Source of the DNA: Candidatus Saccharimonadota bacterium | GTDB lineage: Bacteria > Patescibacteriota > Gracilibacteria > UBA4473 | Assembly (NCBI GenBank): GCA_030429505.1 | Contig: JAUIFI010000001.1 | Span: forward strand, 600,001-632,000 | Length of the DNA: 32,000 nucleotides | Direction of reading: 5' to 3' | Shown here: positions 26,492-32,000 of the stretch, in pieces | How positions within the stretch are numbered: the stretch's first letter is position 1 | Layout: every line of letters begins with the position of its first letter | Position numbers and translations under genes: made by a program | The notes under the pieces: generated by a model | What the model was told of the DNA's origin: nothing | Database searches by the model: none | Seen by the model: the letters and a program-made list of their open reading frames with translations, nothing else

Positions 26492-27589
26492 ATGAATGAA
26501 ATTCTGACCTTTGTCTTCTCCACAAAATTTCTTATATATTTAATAATAAGCCTAATACCTATTCTTGGGTGGATATATTTTTTTCAAAAAATAAACCGGG
26601 AAAAAAAATCGTATGTCGCCCTTACTTTTACCGCTGGAATGCTAGCGGTTGTCCCCATAAAAATATATGAAAAATATTGGAATCAAGCAGTATTCTACTT
26701 TGAACATATAAACCTATTTACCTATCTTTCTGACTTACTAAAACTCCCAGGGTTATCAAAATTCCTATCCTATATAATTGTAAATGGATTAGTGGCTATG
26801 ATGCTTTTCCTCTTCACAGCCCTTATGATGTTTGTACTGGAAATACTCACCCAGGACAACACTCTAAAAGTATTTAAAAACAAACTTCGACATGTAGTCG
26901 AAACTCCACTCTTTTTCATGTCTATCGGTATTCTTTTAGGAATAATCGCCTATATATTTTCCTATTTTTCGGTAGAAAAAGAATGGTTCTCAACACCCTT
27001 AAATAGCAAAATTTCATTCTTCATAATTGTCGGTATGCTTGAAGAATTCATTAAACATCTCGTCCTCAGATTTTCAGATGAAGAAAAAATACAATCCGTA
27101 AGTGATGCTATTTCATTCTCGATCATCGTAGCCCTTGGATTCGCTTTTATTGAAAACATTATGTATTTCCACAACTTTATTAACCGTGAAGGAGGAACCT
27201 TGATAAGTATTAGCATCTTCTTTTTTCTCAGATCAACCATATCCGTCATCGCTCATGTATCATTCTCAGCCATCCTAGGATATTTTTATGGAATAGCTCG
27301 CTTTTCAGAACAAATATGCCAACGAGAGATATTTAGAACAAATCACCCCATATTTATCAAAATACAACAATTTTTACATATGAAATGTCGAACACTATTT
27401 CATGAAGAAAAAATGATGGAAGGCATGATACTAGCAATGCTTGCACACGCAATTTTCAATGGACTGCTCCATTACAACAAAATCATGCTCGTCATCCCCT
27501 TTCTCTTTGCGATGTTCTTCTGGACCCTAAACCTCTTTCATCGACGAGAAAGCTATCAACAAAGCAAAAGCTTGGTAGAACCAAACTAA
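26492..27589 (+). CDS. PrsW-family intramembrane metalloprotease
   Basis: Polytopic membrane protein with the EEFIKH and HAIFN motifs (ExxK ... HxxxN/D) that define the PrsW/CPBP-like clan. Confidence 0.75.
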   Translation: MNEILTFVFSTKFLIYLIISLIPILGWIYFFQKINREKKSYVALTFTAGMLAVVPIKIYEKYWNQAVFYFEHINLFTYLSDLLKLPGLSKFLSYIIVNGLVAMMLFLFTALMMFVLEILTQDNTLKVFKNKLRHVVETPLFFMSIGILLGIIAYIFSYFSVEKEWFSTPLNSKISFFIIVGMLEEFIKHLVLRFSDEEKIQSVSDAISFSIIVALGFAFIENIMYFHNFINREGGTLISISIFFFLRSTISVIAHVSFSAILGYFYGIARFSEQICQREIFRTNHPIFIKIQQFLHMKCRTLFHEEKMMEGMILAMLAHAIFNGLLHYNKIMLVIPFLFAMFFWTLNLFHRRESYQQSKSLVEPN

Positions 27590-27616
27590 TCTATATTTTT
27601 ACAAAAAAAATAAATT

Positions 27617-28684
27617 TTAGTGCTTCTTCTTTTTCTTTGCACGAGTATCAAGTGAAACATCATACTCATAAACAGCCCGTCCAACCCGCTTAAAAAAAGG
27701 ATACTTTTGCAAGTTGAGAGAAATCGTTCCTAAACGTATGTCTCGTTTCTTCAAAACCCCATCAATAATATCTTGACGCTTCATTGGCTTTTTATTTTCT
27801 AATAAAACCGACTTAATAACATCGCACACAGTACCAGAAGCCAACCCCCATTGTTTAAGACCATACAATCCTCTTCCTACCAAAACGAAGTCATTATGCC
27901 GAATCAATTCATTATGAATTGCTTGTGGAGTAACTTTTTTCTTTGCTTGAAAGTCATGCAGAACATGCTTGATAATATCAGTAAAGTGCAACGGTTTGCC
28001 GAGATCTTTAAGAGTAACAAAAATTTTATCTTTAATAGATCGAGGATTTACAAACCTCCAAGTTTTAAGCCCCCATCCATCCTCAGCATACATAAAATTC
28101 CAATGAATATGGAGAAGGGATTCTACCATTTCTGATGAGTATTGTGACAATTCAGAATGAATCGTTTCCACAGATATAACTTCACCATGCTTATCCAAAA
28201 CTTTATGAACATGGTCAATCGCCTTCCGTGCTTCATCAAGAGTCATATCCTTCGTATACCAAAAAGGACGATAATATTGATTTTTTTCTTGTTTCAACAA
28301 CTTATCAGAAACTTTCATAGCAAGCTTCATAGCATTAGCGTCAATATCTTTTGAATTCTCAAGTTTTTTCAACATCTCAGAAACAAGCAAATTCTCAGAC
28401 ATAATCTTGCCGTGAGCCACCAAAATAGAATACGCTAAATCATGAATGTACCGCATAGAAGGGTCCATGGCAATTCGAGCTAATTTCTTAATAGCCACAG
28501 ATTCAATCTGCCGAACTCTCTCACGAGTAATAGAATAGCTTTGCCCTATTTTCTCAAGGGTTTCTTTTTTTCCACTTCCTAGAAAGCGACGCTCAATGAT
28601 ATTCTGCTCTTTAACTGTTAGAAGTCCAAGCAGACGATCCATGAGTTCTGAAAAATTTATTTTTTGTTTGAGAGATGGAGTCAT
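27617..28684 (-). CDS. Sigma-70 region-4 domain protein with C-terminal HARE-HTH-like domains. It lacks region 2.
   Basis: N-terminal LTVKEQNIIERRFLGSGKKETLEKIGQSYSITRERVRQIESVAIKKLARI is classic region 4. The C-terminal part has PLHFTDIIKHV...FVLVGRGLYGLKQWG and a second ...FFKRVGRAVYEY unit, which resemble HARE-HTH (RpoE/delta N-domain-like). I prefer the ATG at 28684 over the TTG at 28723. Confidence 0.65.
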   Translation of the reverse strand: MTPSLKQKINFSELMDRLLGLLTVKEQNIIERRFLGSGKKETLEKIGQSYSITRERVRQIESVAIKKLARIAMDPSMRYIHDLAYSILVAHGKIMSENLLVSEMLKKLENSKDIDANAMKLAMKVSDKLLKQEKNQYYRPFWYTKDMTLDEARKAIDHVHKVLDKHGEVISVETIHSELSQYSSEMVESLLHIHWNFMYAEDGWGLKTWRFVNPRSIKDKIFVTLKDLGKPLHFTDIIKHVLHDFQAKKKVTPQAIHNELIRHNDFVLVGRGLYGLKQWGLASGTVCDVIKSVLLENKKPMKRQDIIDGVLKKRDIRLGTISLNLQKYPFFKRVGRAVYEYDVSLDTRAKKKKKH

Positions 28685-28879
28685 GGTAACAAAGAATTTA
28701 ATGTCGTTTCTATAGTAAAGCAAATACGATGATTATACAAAATATTACTATAAAACAAAAACAACTTTCAGGGAAATTCTAGATCCAACCAAAAAGCTTG
28801 TCAATTTTTTTTCTTTGTTTTTTTTATTATTAAAACAAGATGAATTTATCTCAACCAAGATAATCCAACACAAAAAAAT

Positions 28880-28907
28880 TTGACAGATAGAAGATTTTTT
28901 ATACTCT
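28880..28907 (+). promoter_or_regulatory. Candidate S10-operon promoter: perfect TTGACA with a suboptimal -10
   Basis: TTGACA at 28880-28885. Possible -10 boxes are TATACT at 28900-28905 (only a 14-nt spacer) or TACTCT at 28902-28907 (16-nt spacer). The ORF track reads this TTG as a start codon. Confidence 0.35.
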
Positions 28908-28936
28908 TACCACGCTCTTTTTTGAGTAAACAAATA

Positions 28937-29326
28937 ATGACGACATCTAAAAAAACGGCTTCCAGTAAAGCAAAAAATGCCACTAGTACAAAGAAGAAAT
29001 CAGTTTCTCTTACTCAAAAAGTACGGATTATTGTAAAATCCTTTGATTACACAGTCGTTGACGAGGCAACGAGATCGATAGTAGAGACGGCAGAACGTGG
29101 AGGTTCTCTGGTAAGCGGTCCCATTCCTCTGCCAACAAAAATCAAAAAGTACACAGTCAATCGATCATTTTTTGTTAATAAAAATGCTCGAGACCAGTAT
29201 GAAATGAGAATTCACAAAAGACTTCTCGACATCAAAGAGCCAACCCCTCAAACTATTGAAGCACTTCAAAACCTTGCACTCCCTGCCGGAGTCGATATTG
29301 AAATTAAAATGATGCAACAACAATGA
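28937..29326 (+). CDS. rpsJ: 30S ribosomal protein S10 with a ~26 aa K/S/T-rich N-terminal extension
   Basis: The core [30 protein letters not shown]...[17 protein letters not shown]...HKRLLDI is canonical S10. It is preceded by [26 protein letters not shown]. Confidence 0.9.
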   Translation: MTTSKKTASSKAKNATSTKKKSVSLTQKVRIIVKSFDYTVVDEATRSIVETAERGGSLVSGPIPLPTKIKKYTVNRSFFVNKNARDQYEMRIHKRLLDIKEPTPQTIEALQNLALPAGVDIEIKMMQQQ

Positions 29327-29910
29327 AAGGAATTCTTGCCCGAAAAATCGGTATGTCTCAATACATCTCCCCGGAAACAAGCCGGATGATACCTATTACG
29401 TTATTGGAAATACCTCGGAATACCATCTTACAAGTAAAAACAAAAGATAAAGATGGATACGAATCTTTAGTAATAGGAGCCTTTGAACGAAAGAATTTCG
29501 GAAAAAATACCAATAAAAAATTTCAATACATTCAAGAACTCCCCCTCCCTGAGGGAGAATACAAAAAAGGAGACACCTTTTCGCTGGAAACCCTAAAAGA
29601 TATAAAACAAGTAAAGGTGTCAGGAATGTGCAAAGGAAAGGGATTCGCTGGAGTCGTCAAAAGGCACAATTTCTCTACTGGACGCAATACCCATGGTTCT
29701 CACCACCATCGAGAACCCGGATCTGTTGGTATGTGCGCAAAACCTGGGCGAATCCTAAGAGGAAAGAAAATGCCTGGACAATACGGAAACACTCGTAAAA
29801 CACTCCGTGCCGTAGAAATAATAGATATAGATACCAATCACAATGTTATAGCCCTCAAAGGCTCTATTCCAGGTGCCACAAATACTTTTGTATCACTCAT
29901 AGAAGCATGA
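29323..29910 (+). CDS. rplC: 50S ribosomal protein L3
   Basis: [11 protein letters not shown]..., [16 protein letters not shown]...[12 protein letters not shown]. The ATGA overlaps the rpsJ stop. Confidence 0.93.
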   Translation: MKGILARKIGMSQYISPETSRMIPITLLEIPRNTILQVKTKDKDGYESLVIGAFERKNFGKNTNKKFQYIQELPLPEGEYKKGDTFSLETLKDIKQVKVSGMCKGKGFAGVVKRHNFSTGRNTHGSHHHREPGSVGMCAKPGRILRGKKMPGQYGNTRKTLRAVEIIDIDTNHNVIALKGSIPGATNTFVSLIEA

Positions 29911-30539
29911 AAATAGATCTATACGACTCCAAAGGCACAAAGAAGGGAAGTGTGGATCTCAACACGACCATTTTTAATGCTCCTATAAATAAAGACCTTA
30001 TGCATCGAGCAGTTGTTATGCGAGCTAGCAACAATAGAAATGCAATTGCTCACACTAAAACCAGAGCGGAAATCGCTAAAACTACTAAAAAAGCTTTTAG
30101 ACAAAAAGGAACCGGAAATGCTCGCCGTGGAGCAAAGTCCACTAATCTTCTGCGTGGAGGGGGAGTTACTCATGGTCCTAGGAACAACAGAAATTTTATC
30201 AAAGCAATGCCCAAAAAAGAAAGAAGGCAAGCTCTGTTTTCTAGTCTGAGTAATAAAGCCAAAGACAATCATATTTTCGGACTCACATCCTTCGAAGAAA
30301 CTACCCCAAAGACAAAAACTTTTGTTGAATTACTCCAAAAACTACCAAACGCAAAAAAATATCTCTTTGTGCTTCCTCAAAAAAACCAAGTACTCGAGAA
30401 ATCAATGAGTAATATTCCAAATGTAAAAAGTATCACGGCCTCATATCTCAATCCAACTGATGTCTTAAAAGCAGAAAAAATTTGCTTCGTTAGTGATGCA
30501 CTGACCACCCTAGAAAAAACCTTTCTTCCTCAATCATAA
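29907..30539 (+). CDS. rplD: 50S ribosomal protein L4
   Basis: KAFRQKGTGNARRGAKSTNLLRGGGVTHGP is the L4 signature. Overlaps rplC by 4 nt. Confidence 0.93.
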   Translation: MKIDLYDSKGTKKGSVDLNTTIFNAPINKDLMHRAVVMRASNNRNAIAHTKTRAEIAKTTKKAFRQKGTGNARRGAKSTNLLRGGGVTHGPRNNRNFIKAMPKKERRQALFSSLSNKAKDNHIFGLTSFEETTPKTKTFVELLQKLPNAKKYLFVLPQKNQVLEKSMSNIPNVKSITASYLNPTDVLKAEKICFVSDALTTLEKTFLPQS

Positions 30540-30541
30540 AA

Positions 30542-30829
30542 ATGACGACCCAAACAAACGTCCTCATTCGTCCCATTGTAACAGAAAAAACTGTAGCTCA
30601 AAAAGGGAAATACACTTTCGCCGTCAATCCAAAAGCCTCTAAAAAAGCAATAGAAAAAGCCATACAAGAATTTTATGGAGTAGAGATAGAAAAAGTAAAC
30701 ATCACAAAACTTCCTCAAAAAAACCGAATGACCGGAAAGGGACGTAGTATGCGCAAAAGAGCCGCTCTCACCAAAGCTGTCGTGACCACCAAAAACGGAA
30801 CTAGCATTGACTTTAACGCCTTCAAATAA
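30542..30829 (+). CDS. rplW: 50S ribosomal protein L23
   Basis: IRPIVTEKT...KYTFAVNPKASKKAIEKAIQEFYGVEIEKVN. Position in the operon fits. Confidence 0.92.
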   Translation: MTTQTNVLIRPIVTEKTVAQKGKYTFAVNPKASKKAIEKAIQEFYGVEIEKVNITKLPQKNRMTGKGRSMRKRAALTKAVVTTKNGTSIDFNAFK

Positions 30830-31671
30830 TGGGAATAAAAATACTAAAACCAACTACAAACGGTCAAAGAAATAAAAGTTATGTTTCTGGTGATCAACTT
30901 ACCAAGGGCGCACAACCACTCAAATCACTCCTAACACAAGGACGAAAAATATCCGGTCGAGGTAATCACGGTATCACTATCCGTCACAGAGGTGGAGGAA
31001 CTCGAAGCTACATCCGAATTGTTGATTTTAATGGTACCGATAAGCTCGGCGTTCCTGGAAAAGTCAAAAGTATTGAATACGATCCCGGCAGAAGTGCTTA
31101 TATCGCACTCATCGTTTTTAATGACGGAGACAAAAGATATCACATTGCTCATAAAAATATGAAAGTCAATGATATCGTCATAACTGACAAAAAAGGAAAA
31201 ATCAAAGACGGTAATCGATTTCAACTCCAAAACATCCCTGTTGGATTTTCTATTTTCAACGTAGAAATCTCACCTCAAAAAGGCGGGCAAGTCGTGAGAT
31301 CCGCAGGACAAAGTGCCACTCTCGTCTCTCTTGACGGAGAAAAAGCTCAAGTCCAACTCCCATCTGGAGAAATACGATACGTAGAAAAAACCAATTACGC
31401 TACTTTGGGTACCGTATCAAATGAAGAAAAATCACTCATCCGTATCGGAAAAGCAGGAAGAGTTAGACACATGGGACGACGTCCTCAAGTACGAGGAAAA
31501 GCCATGAATCCATGTGATCATCCTCATGGAGGAGGAGAAGGTGGTTGTCCGATCGGACTCAAACACCCCAAAACTCCATGGGGAGCACCAGCCTTAGGAG
31601 TAAAAACCCGAAACAAGAAAAAAAGTAACCGCCTCATCGTTCGCTCACGACATCGAGCCAAGAAAAAGTAA
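30829..31671 (+). CDS. rplB: 50S ribosomal protein L2
   Basis: GRNNHGxIT-like GRGNHGITIRHRGGG and MNPCDHPHGGGEG. Its start overlaps the rplW stop (TAATG). Confidence 0.95.
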   Translation: MGIKILKPTTNGQRNKSYVSGDQLTKGAQPLKSLLTQGRKISGRGNHGITIRHRGGGTRSYIRIVDFNGTDKLGVPGKVKSIEYDPGRSAYIALIVFNDGDKRYHIAHKNMKVNDIVITDKKGKIKDGNRFQLQNIPVGFSIFNVEISPQKGGQVVRSAGQSATLVSLDGEKAQVQLPSGEIRYVEKTNYATLGTVSNEEKSLIRIGKAGRVRHMGRRPQVRGKAMNPCDHPHGGGEGGCPIGLKHPKTPWGAPALGVKTRNKKKSNRLIVRSRHRAKKK

Positions 31672-31725
31672 TCATATCTCTTTTCTCCTTGATTTAAAAA
31701 TCATACTGATTAACATACCCGCACT

Positions 31726-32000
31726 ATGACACGTTCCGCCAAGAAAGGACCATTTGTAGACCCACGCCTACTCAAAAAAGCAAAAGCTATGAACGATAGT
31801 GGAAATAAAAAAGTGATCAAAACATGGTCACGAAGTTGCACCATAGCACCTACCTTTGTAGGACACACCTTTGGTGTTCACAATGGCAAGGAACACATTC
31901 CAGTGTTTTGTACCGAAGCTATGGTCGGACACAAACTCGGAGAATTCTCCCCTACCAGAAGATTCCGAGGTCATGGTGGAAAATTAGCTAAAGGACAAAA
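31726..32000 (+). CDS. rpsS: 30S ribosomal protein S19 (3' end cut by the window edge)
   Basis: Missing from the ORF track because no stop lies inside the window. Manual translation gives [85 protein letters not shown]..., which is canonical S19. Confidence 0.93.
   Translation, partial: MTRSAKKGPFVDPRLLKKAKAMNDSGNKKVIKTWSRSCTIAPTFVGHTFGVHNGKEHIPVFCTEAMVGHKLGEFSPTRRFRGHGGKLAKGQ

Noticed and set aside
26337-26525. A 62-aa hydrophobic minus-strand ORF in the rny-prsW intergenic region.
   Set aside because: It overlaps the strong prsW promoter and the prsW start. Its sequence is a poly-F/I/L translation of AT-rich DNA, and it has no start context.
1-32000. Alternative genetic code (UGA recoded as Gly or Trp, as in Gracilibacteria/SR1 or mycoplasmas). 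I considered this because of the low GC and the CPR-like gene content.
   Set aside because: TGA ends tatD (4285-4287), rpsJ (29324-29326) and rplC (29908-29910) at family-typical lengths. No conserved gene needs read-through. The apparently ORF-less region 1-1045 is a stop-free minus-strand gene that simply runs off the window edge.

Overview
Low-GC bacterial chromosomal window, about 35-40% GC by eye. It uses the standard genetic code: TGA ends conserved genes such as tatD, rpsJ and rplC at normal lengths. I count about 34 protein genes, 27 of them on the + strand, plus one tRNA-Thr(GGU). Most are housekeeping genes: miaB, a GT2 glycosyltransferase, tatD, dus, htpX, a CaCA exchanger, rel/spoT, mscS, corA, rfbB, radA, an FKBP PPIase, glyA, trmB, rny and prsW. 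The window ends in the start of the S10 ribosomal operon (rpsJ-rplC-rplD-rplW-rplB-rpsS). Almost no gene has a Shine-Dalgarno sequence. RNase Y, a region-4-only sigma-like protein and many compact genes fit a small-genome, Patescibacteria/CPR-like or similar lineage, but the window cannot prove this. I found no CRISPR array, transposase, integrase or recognisable defence system. Items worth a second look: (1) a three-gene module with its own promoter at 4289-7203, encoding orphan repeat proteins, including an LRR-like protein with an unusual 18-residue period and a sigma-region-4-like HTH protein; (2) a near-perfect CIRCE (HrcA operator) over the htpX promoter; (3) a small secreted-protein gene of about 51% GC next to the tRNA-Thr 3' end, preceded by a tandem 15-bp duplication; (4) a secreted protein combining two Kazal-type inhibitor domains with SLH-like anchors; (5) seven operon-leading genes with a -10 box ending 6-9 nt before the ATG, which suggests leaderless mRNAs; (6) strong C>G asymmetry of the + strand in genes of both orientations. 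Two edge genes missing from the ORF track (1-1045 minus strand, 31726-32000 plus strand) were recovered by manual translation.
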